A stretch of 64,000 bases of DNA, from NCBI GenBank assembly GCA_963843145.1, contig CAWJJC010000025.1:42299-106298 (forward strand), read 5' to 3'. Of this stretch, positions 30,077 through 38,699 are shown in pieces. How positions within the stretch are numbered: position 1 is the first letter of the stretch; each line of letters starts with the position of its first letter. The notes below the pieces were generated by a model. The model had not been told where the DNA came from. It saw only the letters and a program-made list of their open reading frames with translations, and did not search any database. The translations under genes and the position numbers were made by a program. The stretch comes from an uncultured delta proteobacterium. Its GTDB lineage: Bacteria; Desulfobacterota; RBG-13-43-22.

Positions 30077-30178
30077 AAGACTCAATTTTATACAGATTAA
30101 AAGCCGACTGCGACGAGGTTATATCCTATGAAAGTCCTGTATATTTCCGGACGCCCTTAGGTCCTCCTCAAATTCTTT

Positions 30179-30632
30179 TTACCGGCCACCCCAACCCATC
30201 CGGCCAATTCCTGGCTGAGCCCTCCCTCCGCCTTTAACCGAATTCAACCGATCCAATTGTTCGGGGGTCAGGAGGGCCCGGCATTCCATTTTATAGCGAA
30301 GCCAAATTTCTCGAATCTGTTCGTGAAGCTCCCGGACTTGATCGCGAAGCTGGGTGGTCCTGACCGTTTCTTTGTCCTTTCCGGGTTCACACATTCTCAA
30401 ATCGATCTTCTTGTCCCGAAGTTCCATTTGGAGAGGCCGGAGGCTCTTCTGAAAATCGGACTGTATCGGCTTTCATCCGGGAAGACTGTTCCGAGCTTAG
30501 ATCCAATTCCAGATCGGCGCAGGGACCCAAACCATAATTCATTCTCCTTCCCGGTCCCTGGCCCCAGGAACCGGCCCAAACCGGGCTTACGAAAGCCAGC
30601 ACCAAAACGCAAATCAATAGTTTAATGATCAT
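30179..30632 (-). pseudogene. Spy/CpxP/ZraP-like periplasmic protein, frameshifted
   Basis: Signal peptide plus LDLSSEQ in ORF 30387; LLTPEQ in ORF 30179; frame change near 30440-30470. Confidence 0.7.
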
Positions 30633-31009
30633 GCAAATACTCCCAAAGGAACTTTTTGAATGGAACTTTGGAGGAGATTCAAATTAACCGGTTTTAGAAA
30701 ATAGTCGTGAAGTTGGTCTTTGATTGAATCAAAGGTTTTTATTTCCCGTCTGGCAAAACCGCTGATCAGAATCACGGGAAGATGGAGATTGGTCTTCCTA
30801 AGTTGCCTGATCAACTCATCGCCACCCATAGCCGGCATCGCATAGTCGGTGATAACCAGGTCGATATCCCCTCTTTCCAAGGCTCGTAATCCTTCAAGCC
30901 CGTTTTCAGCCAGGGAGATTCGGTAATTTTTTTCGGCAAAATAATCCCCCAGGGCACTGCGGGTCATCCAATCATCCTCAACAATCAGAATATGTTGAAT
31001 GCGGCTCAG
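30629..31009 (-). CDS. Single-domain response regulator (probable CTG start)
   Basis: HILIVEDD lies upstream of the ATG at 30967; DLVITDYAMP, KPV; only CTG at 31009 after GGGGGAG. Confidence 0.75.
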   Translation of the reverse strand: MSRIQHILIVEDDWMTRSALGDYFAEKNYRISLAENGLEGLRALERGDIDLVITDYAMPAMGGDELIRQLRKTNLHLPVILISGFARREIKTFDSIKDQLHDYFLKPVNLNLLQSSIQKVPLGVFA

Positions 31010-31070
31010 TGATCTCCCCCGGCTAAGGGGGGAGGGTTTTCAACCACCCTCCCCCGTCTAAACTTAAAGG

Positions 31071-31442
31071 CTACGGATTCAGAATCTTACGGGATTCCAG
31101 ATTGAACTGGAGCCGCTTTTCCTGCATTTTTCCCTGAAGCTCCAGCAGGTCCTTTTGCAGGGTGGAAATCATTCCCTCATCGGGGTTCGAGGCGGACCAA
31201 AGGGTTCGCATCTCCGATCTTTTGGCAAACATTTCGTCTTGCAGGGGTGAAATTTCATTCAGGAAGGTTTCCCGCAGGGTCTGCAATTGAGCGGTCTGGT
31301 CTGCCGTCAGATTGGCGGCATCATAAGAATAAGGCCCCATGCCGTATCCCTGGCCCATCCCCCGACCCCAGGGACCGGCCATTGCCGCCCCGGCAAAAAT
31401 CACCATCAGGCCCACCAACAAAACTTGAAAAATTCGTTTCAT
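31071..31442 (-). CDS. ZraP/Spy-like periplasmic heavy-metal sensor
   Basis: Signal peptide, GWGRGMG-type tail, NLTADQ; AGGAGGTG RBS. Confidence 0.85.
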   Translation of the reverse strand: MKRIFQVLLVGLMVIFAGAAMAGPWGRGMGQGYGMGPYSYDAANLTADQTAQLQTLRETFLNEISPLQDEMFAKRSEMRTLWSASNPDEGMISTLQKDLLELQGKMQEKRLQFNLESRKILNP

Positions 31443-31497
31443 GCTCTTCACCTCCTTTCCTTTATTGTTATATGCGTTATCAGTTATATTTTCATGA

Positions 31498-31514
31498 AGC
31501 AATGATTATGCCAA
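31498..31514 (-). promoter_or_regulatory. Sigma54 (-24/-12) promoter for the zraP-like gene
   Basis: TTGGCATAATCATTGCT (GG-N10-GC); upstream palindrome TCGACA-N4-TGTCGA at 31586-31601. Confidence 0.75.
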
Positions 31515-31931
31515 AAAGGGTTTACTGCTAACAGTTTGATATTATGTATTTATTCAGGATGACGCGTTTCGATGGGAAAGCGTTCTCGACATTATTGTCG
31601 AACAGGATCTATTTGAATTGAGGGATGCTGTCTGCTAACCACATGAATTCAATGTCTATTCTTATTCGACAAAAACCGTTAGGCGGGATGAGGCAGATCG
31701 GTAAAAATTGTCGAACTACTTTTTCATTGAACAGGCCAATAAGGCCTATTTGGCCCTCCGAGAGAATCCTGAAGTCTGGGAAACAGAACTCAAGGAACGG
31801 AGAGAATGGGAAGCCACCCTGGCCGACAACCAGAAGGTTTAGGGCTATGGGCGATCCCCTCCGAGGAGAGATTTGGCTGATAGACAAATTATCCGTTGAC
31901 AACCTTTTCGTTTCCCGGCATCTTGCTAATC

Positions 31932-32720
31932 ATGCTTTCCTTTCCAGCCATTGATCCGGTAATTTTTTCCATCGGACCCTTCCATGTCCGGTGGTACGGA
32001 ACCATGTATCTACTGGGGTTTCTGGCCTCCTACCTGTTGGTTCGGTTGCAACTCCGCCGTCAGAAGCCCCCGGTCCTGGCCGAAGATCGGGTGGAGGACC
32101 TCTATTTTTATCTTGTTTTGGGATTAATTGTCGGGGCCCGGCTGGGGTATGTCCTCTTTTATAATCTTAGAAATTATCTGGAGCATCCCCTGGAAGTAGT
32201 GGCGGTCTGGCAGGGGGGGATGTCTTTTCATGGCGGGTTGATCGGGGCCTTTTTAGCGGGTTGGCTCTTCTCCCGAAAATACCGGATTAATCTCTGGACG
32301 CTGGGAGATCTGATTATCGTCACCGCCCCCATCGGGTTGGGTTTAGGACGGTTGGGGAATTTTATTAACGGAGAATTATTCGGGCGCGTTACTACCCAGC
32401 CCTGGGGAATGGTTTTTCCTCAGGGCGGTCCGCTGCCCCGCCATCCTTCCCAGCTTTACGAAGCCTTTTTGGAGGGGCTGGTTCTTTTCATCTGGCTGTG
32501 GTGGAGCAAAGGGAGGAACAGGACTTCCGGCGGGATGGTGGCCCGGTTCCTGATCGGCTATGGCCTGTTTCGTATTTTCGTGGAATTTTTTCGCGACCCG
32601 GATCCCCAGATCGGCTTCCTTTTTAATTTCCTGACCATGGGACAGCTCCTGAGCTTGGGCATGGTCCTCCTGGGCGTCCTTCTCCTTTATTCCCGGCCTT
32701 CCCGGGACTCCTCCGAATAA
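31932..32720 (+). CDS. lgt: Prolipoprotein diacylglyceryl transferase
   Basis: VRWYG, GARLGYVLFY, GGMSFHGG, GRLGNFINGELFGR, RHPSQLYE. Confidence 0.97.
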   Translation: MLSFPAIDPVIFSIGPFHVRWYGTMYLLGFLASYLLVRLQLRRQKPPVLAEDRVEDLYFYLVLGLIVGARLGYVLFYNLRNYLEHPLEVVAVWQGGMSFHGGLIGAFLAGWLFSRKYRINLWTLGDLIIVTAPIGLGLGRLGNFINGELFGRVTTQPWGMVFPQGGPLPRHPSQLYEAFLEGLVLFIWLWWSKGRNRTSGGMVARFLIGYGLFRIFVEFFRDPDPQIGFLFNFLTMGQLLSLGMVLLGVLLLYSRPSRDSSE

Positions 32721-32801
32721 TTAAGGGGTTCTCCGTCCTTTGGGGTGGGTGACCACAACCTAGGGAAGATTAACTTGAGATCGAGCCCCCGTGGCCGTAG
32801 G

Positions 32802-34702
32802 GTCTCCGGACCAAGGGCCGTGGGTTCAAGTCCCGCATCGCCCACAATTAAAAATAACAAAAATAATTACTTGCCTCAATTGAGTCCTCGTTCTTAATCG
32901 ATGCTGAGCTATTTTCTAACGATTTTCTAACGGGGTACTAAGATTGTCGAGTTCTGATAAAGAACTGTCAGTCCAAAAGGGCTTGAGGTGTCGCGAGCAG
33001 ATAGCGCCAGGCATCGGTCACCTGGATACCGGCCGGTGGTTTGCGCGTGGTTCGTTCGTGCGCCACCAGCACTCGCACCGCCTGCGGGAACCTGGCCCCA
33101 GACTCCTCCAGCGCGGCGATCTCACGCGCCCAGGTTTGCGACTGTGAGACGGAGTAGGCCACGTTGATCAGTTGTTCGGGCCGCTCCCGATTTACGACCA
33201 GGTCAATCTCACGATCCCCGGCAAGGTAACCCAAGTCCTCGCGCCGGCGACGCCAGTGCAGGAAAACGGCCGTCTCCAGCTTTTTCCCGACATTAATGCT
33301 GGGTTCGGCGACGAACGGATAGGCCAGCGCCCAATCGATCGCATGGAGTTTTTTCGCGTTTACCGCCTGCTTGCGCAACGAGCGCTCGGCCACGGGTAGG
33401 GTGAAGACGACAAACGACTCCTCCAGGTACCCGACGTAACTATAAAGGGTGTCCTTCGAGAGCGCCAGCCCCTGGGAGCGGAAGTCCTGGTAGAGTTTGT
33501 GGACGTTGAAGAGCGAGGCCGGATGGCCCAGGCAATGTCGGAGCAACCGTCGCATCAATAGCGGATTGGCCACGCCGTAGCGCTCCACCAAGTCCCGGTA
33601 AAAGACCAGGTCCACGTACTCCTTGAGGATACGCGGTCGCAACGACTCGTCGGCGAGGACCACTTCCGGCAGACCGCCCGTCTTCAGATACTCTTCCAAG
33701 GCCGAGGCCAGGCGACTTTCGGAGGTCCGCGAGTACGGCTCGTGTTCCAGACCTCGAAACTTCAGGAATTCACCAAACGAGAGAGGAAACACCTCGTAGG
33801 ATACGCTCCGTCCCCGTAGCCCCTTGGCGAGCTCACGCGACAACAGGTGCGAGGAGGATCCGGTGACGAAAAGGGAGGCTTCCTCGGTGTCGTGAAGGCG
33901 TCGTAGATAGGTTTCCCAAGACGGGACGTCTTGCACTTCGTCGAAGAATAGGAACTTTTTCCGGCCCGACACCTCGGGATACAGCTCTTCGTGCGCTCGC
34001 AGTATCAGGTCGAGTTCGGTGATTTCGATGGGGAGTAGCCGATCGTCCTCGAAATTGAGGTAGAGCATCTGACGCCGATCTACGCCTTGGGCTTCCAGCC
34101 GCCGCATCGTCTCATAGAGCAGGTAGGTCTTTCCACTACGACGAATGCCGACAAGGGCGACTACCTTGCGTGAATCGAGAGGCAACTCCAGCGTCCGCGG
34201 TGTGGTTGGCGGCAACGGCCGCGTGGTTGACTGGGCCAGTACGTATTTTAGAGTTTCCTTGTCCATGAGGAAATATTAGAGTATTTCATTCACTCCTGTC
34301 AAGGAACTAATTATTTTCGCAGATTAGCGTTTGTGGGATTTACTATGGCTTTGCTAATAAATCCTGATTCAACCCCTGGATCGGGGTTTGGTGATGACGC
34401 CAAGAGGATGGATTGGTGAAGGTTTATTAAAGGGCAGTTCGTCTTTGTTCATTCTTAAACTAATTTTGTTAACCCCGGAGTCCCCACATTCGAGGTAGTC
34501 CCCCCCGCAGAGGCAGATTTTCTAACGGTTTTCTAACGAACCATTATCAAATAACCAAAAACAACATAAAAAAAGAGAACCCTCCCTATGGATTAAGGGG
34601 TTGAGTTCTCTTTATTTTTTGCTTGTTCCTTTATATTGTCTGATTCCTCGGGGGAGTCTCCGGAACCAAAGGCCGTGGGTTCAAGTCCCGTACTGCCCAC
34701 CA
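32802..34702. mobile_element. Integrase-less genomic islet bounded by tRNA-Arg(CCG) 3' fragments
   Basis: Direct repeats GTCTCCGGA(A)CCAA.GGCCGTGGGTTCAAGTCCCG...GCCCAC at 32802-32846 and 34656-34702; tandem TTTTCTAACG pairs at 32911-32932 and 34517-34538. Confidence 0.75.
32968..34266 (-). CDS. AAA+ ATPase with DUF4143-type C-terminal domain
   Basis: GIRRSGKT, YLNFEDDR, FFDEVQ, VTGSSS, GGLPEV, EIDLVV. Confidence 0.88.
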   Translation of the reverse strand: MDKETLKYVLAQSTTRPLPPTTPRTLELPLDSRKVVALVGIRRSGKTYLLYETMRRLEAQGVDRRQMLYLNFEDDRLLPIEITELDLILRAHEELYPEVSGRKKFLFFDEVQDVPSWETYLRRLHDTEEASLFVTGSSSHLLSRELAKGLRGRSVSYEVFPLSFGEFLKFRGLEHEPYSRTSESRLASALEEYLKTGGLPEVVLADESLRPRILKEYVDLVFYRDLVERYGVANPLLMRRLLRHCLGHPASLFNVHKLYQDFRSQGLALSKDTLYSYVGYLEESFVVFTLPVAERSLRKQAVNAKKLHAIDWALAYPFVAEPSINVGKKLETAVFLHWRRRREDLGYLAGDREIDLVVNRERPEQLINVAYSVSQSQTWAREIAALEESGARFPQAVRVLVAHERTTRKPPAGIQVTDAWRYLLATPQALLD

Positions 34703-34721
34703 TATAAAAACAACTAGTTGC

Positions 34722-34898
34722 CTGCCTTAATTCTGCCCGCCTGATAGCTGGGTTTAAGTGCCTCCTGACCACATTATCGTCTGAGGAAGGCTTTCCATCC
34801 GCTCCCGGAAAAATAAGCTCAAGCTCCCCGATCGGGCATTGAAGCTTTTACTTCTTAAGCTCAGGGATAAGATGATCGGATATATCAACCCTCCGGAT
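34722..34898 (-). pseudogene. Tyrosine integrase fragment
   Basis: IRRVDISDHLIPELKK*KLQCPIGELELIFPGADGKPSSDDNVVRRHLNPAIRRAELRQ; truncated just before the expected HxLRH box. Confidence 0.7.
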
Positions 34899-35086
34899 TC
34901 TGTCCTCCAATCCCGAAGCTCTAATCAAGTGGTGCCCCTCCAACACGCCGACCATTAGAAGGGACACCCTCTCTTAGGGTTAACGGGTCAAAATTTTTCT
35001 TGACAAGATAATCCACTATTTATTACTTATTGGTTATATTTTCATAAGGGATTACATGATTCACCGGGAAAAGGCCATAACATCTT

Positions 35087-35584
35087 ATGGAAAATGAAGA
35101 GGTCCTGCGGATTAACATCGGGGGGCACCCGGTCGGGATACTCGGGTTCAAGGGTGTCCTTGAGGAATTGGCCCCCCATCTGTCCCAAGCGACCGATGAT
35201 GCCCTGGCCCAGGAATTGGTGGGTCGTCTTTCCAAACAAAATTACATTCCGGAGAAAGTCAAGGCGGAGTATGGAAAGGCCCTGGTCCGGGAATTCAGAA
35301 AACAGTTGGGGCAGCCCATCCAGGAAGAAAAGCCCGCCGGACTGGTGATCAAAGTCCTCGGCCAGGGATGCAACAACTGCCGGGAATTGACCCAGCGGAT
35401 TATGGACCTCATGTCCGAGTTAAACCTGGCCGCCGACCTGGAGCATGTCACCGATGTCAAGGAAATTGCCCGTTATCGTGTCATGGGTATTCCGGCGCTT
35501 ATCATAAATGGAAAAATCCTTTCCGTCGGGTCTGTGCCAAGCAAAAAACAGCTCACGAATTGGCTCAAGAATGCGGGAGACTGA
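35087..35584 (+). CDS. Thioredoxin_3-family protein with N-terminal NYIP domain
   Basis: KQNYIP...EYGKAL domain plus VLGQGCNNC...PALIING. Confidence 0.85.
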   Translation: MENEEVLRINIGGHPVGILGFKGVLEELAPHLSQATDDALAQELVGRLSKQNYIPEKVKAEYGKALVREFRKQLGQPIQEEKPAGLVIKVLGQGCNNCRELTQRIMDLMSELNLAADLEHVTDVKEIARYRVMGIPALIINGKILSVGSVPSKKQLTNWLKNAGD

Positions 35585-35605
35585 TCCACAGGAAGAAACC
35601 TATTT

Positions 35606-36698
35606 ATGGTAGAACCGATTACTAAAAAACTGTCTTTCCTGGACCGGTTTTTAACCCTTTGGATCTTTCTGGCCATGCTTTTGGGCGTGGGTTCCGGTTA
35701 TTTTTTCCCGGGAGTGGCTCAATTCTGGAACCTGTTCCAGTCCGGGACCACCAACATTCCCATCGCCGTCGGCCTGATCCTGATGATGTATCCCCCCCTG
35801 GCCAAGGTTAAATACGAAGAACTGGGCGGAAGTCTTTAAAAATTACAGGGTCTTGATCCTTTCGCTGATCCAGAATTGGGTCATCGGTCCCATCCTGATG
35901 TTTTTCCTGGCCATCCTCTTTCTGGCCGGCTACCCGGAATACATGGTCGGCCTGATCCTGATCGGCCTGGCCCGCTGCATCGCCATGGTCATCGTCTGGA
36001 ACGAACTGGCCTCCGGCGACACGGAATACTGCGCCGGTTTGGTGGCCTTCAACTCCATTTTTCAGGTCCTTTTCTTCTCCATCTACGCTTATATCTTCAT
36101 CACCGTCCTGCCCGGCTGGTTCGGTCTGAAAGGGACCGTGGTGGACATTTCTATCGGCCAGATCGCCGAAAGCGTATTCATCTACCTGGGCATCCCCTTT
36201 ATCGCCGGCGTCATCACCCGCTTCACCCTGATCAAGGTCAAGGACAAAACCTGGTATCATGAAAGATTCATCCCCAAGATCAGTCCCATCACGCTCATCG
36301 CCCTGCTGTTCACCATCATCGTCATGTTTTCCCTTAAGGGCGAATATATCGTTCAATTGCCGCTGGACGTGATCCGCATCGCCATCCCGCTAACTGTTTA
36401 TTTCTTCATCATGTTTTTTATTTCCTTCTATATGTCGATCAAGGTTAAGGCCACCTATGAACAATCCGCCACCCTTTCCTTTACCGCCGCCTCGAATAAT
36501 TTCGAACTGGCCATTGCCGTGGCGATCGCCGTATTCGGGATTCAGTCCGGCGCGGCCTTTGCCGCGGTTATCGGTCCGCTGGTGGAGGTCCCGGTGTTGA
36601 TCAGCCTGGTCAATGTGGCCTTGTGGTTCAAACGAAAATATTTTCCCTTTGCCCTGGAGACCCCCACCGGGGTGTGCCATCTGACTTGTAAACCATAG
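35606..36698 (+). CDS. acr3: Arsenite efflux transporter Acr3 (one frameshift near 35830)
   Basis: [53 protein letters not shown]. Confidence 0.9.
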
Positions 36699-36782
36699 CC
36701 AAAAATTTTCCAATTGTCGGTTATAAACTCGCAATCTAAATTCCGAAACATACTAAGAGGAGATACACAAGAGGAGTTTCCC

Positions 36783-37307
36783 ATGCTGCTTAAAGGCTAT
36801 CGGAAGGAAATATTCCGCCCGGAGTGCAATCCGAGTTTTCAATCTCTACACTGCATCGCCTATCTGGACGAAGATATCGAGACCGTTCTGCCTTATTTGA
36901 ACGCCAGGTTGGGGGGCGACGAGTTTTATCGGGAACCCCCGGCCGTAACCTTTCGGCTCCAGGGAAAATTGATTACCGTCCAGTCCCGGCAGATTGCCGT
37001 CAACGCCCTGCGGGACGCCGAAGAGGCCGATAAAATCCTGGAGTGGATCAAAAGGGAAATCAACGAAACCTGGGAAAAACGGGCGGAGATCGAGCCCAGC
37101 TACGAAAGCGCCCCGAAACCGAAACTGTTGGAAATTCTAAAGTTGCTGCCCAAAACCAATTGTCGGGCCTGCGGGGAAGCGACTTGCCTGGTCTTCGCCG
37201 CCCGGACGGCCGAAGGGGTGAAAGGACCGGAAGATTGCCCCCCCCTGACTACTGAGGGAAAGTCCAGACTTCAAAATTATTTGAGCCGATTCCGGCTGGA
37301 ATACTAA
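36783..37307 (+). CDS. (Fe-S)-binding protein
   Basis: LPYLNA, LLPKTNCRACGEATC...CP FeS domain; GAGGAG RBS. Confidence 0.85.
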   Translation: MLLKGYRKEIFRPECNPSFQSLHCIAYLDEDIETVLPYLNARLGGDEFYREPPAVTFRLQGKLITVQSRQIAVNALRDAEEADKILEWIKREINETWEKRAEIEPSYESAPKPKLLEILKLLPKTNCRACGEATCLVFAARTAEGVKGPEDCPPLTTEGKSRLQNYLSRFRLEY

Positions 37308-37401
37308 AGGATGACGAGCTGCGATATTCGGTTGACGAGATATTTCCATTTTTTTCTTTTGCCCTCCGGGGCATGGATACCCACTAAAGAAAGGGCGGTT
37401 T

Positions 37402-38601
37402 ATGCCCAAAAAAAGATGGCCCCTTTATTTGATTTTATTTACCTCCTCAATAATTCTGCTGGCACCCCTCTATCTTTTCGGGGAAGGGAAGAAAGATGAA
37501 ATCGGGTCTTTAAAGGAATTGATTTCCCGCTATGATTCCACTCGGTGCAAGGAATGCCATGCGGAGATTTACGCCCAGTGGGAAAAATCCCATCATGCCC
37601 GGCCCTTGATGGGCATGGACGACTGGATCTTCATGTCCAAATACCTCAAAGAGGGAGTTCTGGCAGTCAAGTCGCCCGAGCAGGCCACCAAGGCCAATTT
37701 CCCCTGCGCCAAATGCCATCTGCCCCAGCTTTTCAAAGCAGCGGATAGCGTGGCCGCCGAACTGGCCGCCGCCGTCTTCCGGAACGACAAAAAAACCATC
37801 CGCCGATTGAATATCGGCTGCCTGGTCTGCCACCAGGAAAAGGCCGTGGTTCATGGCCGGCCGAAGTTATCGCTCCTCTACGGCTCTCGGGAAATCCAGG
37901 ATCATGAGGGCCTCCCGGTAGAGAAAAGCTCCCTGTTGAAATATCCCCTCTTCTGCGGACAGTGCCATGGCCTCGGGCCCAACCTCGAATTCGAAAATCC
38001 GGTCCAGTGCGCCACGTTGTATGGCAGTTATCTCCACGCCTACATTCCCAACGGCGGGGCCCAGACCTGCCAGGACTGCCACATGCCGGGCAAGGACCAT
38101 ACCTGCCTGCCGAACTTCAACGACCGGGCCGGTACCTCCGCCCGTCTCCGCCAGGCCTTGCCCCTGGAGGTGGAAACCCTGGGCTATGTTTTCCAGATAG
38201 AAGAAGGAAAGCATTTACCCCTGGCCGTGGTTAAAACCCGGATAACCAATAAGGCCGGCCACCGGATTCCGGACGGCTGACCGACCCGCACCCGGGTGGT
38301 CCTGGAAGTGACCGCTACCGCTCCCAACGGTCAGAAATTCTTTGAAGGCACAAAATTTTATATGCCCCAGGCCGGCGACGGCCGGAGCCCGATCATGGTC
38401 CTGGGACCGGACAAGAAACTGGGCCTGTTGCGCGATACCAGCCTTCAGCCTTTCCGGCCTAAGGAGGAAACCTTTGAAATCCCGGTCCCCAAAGGAATCC
38501 ATGAGATTACCGTGGCGGTTCAGTTGACCTACCAGCCCCGCCCGGGGAATATTTATTCCCTCCAAACCATCAGCCGTCAGGTGCGGATAGATACCCCTTA
38601 A
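37402..38601 (+). CDS. Pentaheme cytochrome c selenoprotein (ExtKL-type)
   Basis: 5 CxxCH motifs; GHRIPDG-TGA(38278)-PTRTRVVL in frame with ORF 38296; hairpin 38295-38316. Confidence 0.85.
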
Positions 38602-38611
38602 ATTCTTCCAC

Positions 38612-38640
38612 TTGCCAATCCAGGCATTCGTTGATAACAT
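38612..38640 (+). promoter_or_regulatory. Sigma70-like promoter of the ech operon
   Basis: TTGCCA-17 nt-TAACAT. Confidence 0.45.
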
Positions 38641-38699
38641 TTTAACGGATAAGATCCGTAAGTCCGAAATTCGATTTTAAACCAACTAGTCAACTTTTC

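Noticed and set aside
31609-31954. Short ORFs in the zraP-lgt intergenic region
   Set aside because: No RBS or motifs; the region holds promoter and enhancer elements.
32745-32846. Possible full tRNA or structured ncRNA after lgt
   Set aside because: Only the anticodon-loop-to-acceptor 3' half is tRNA-like; there is no D-arm or properly spaced 5' strand, so it was treated as an att scar.
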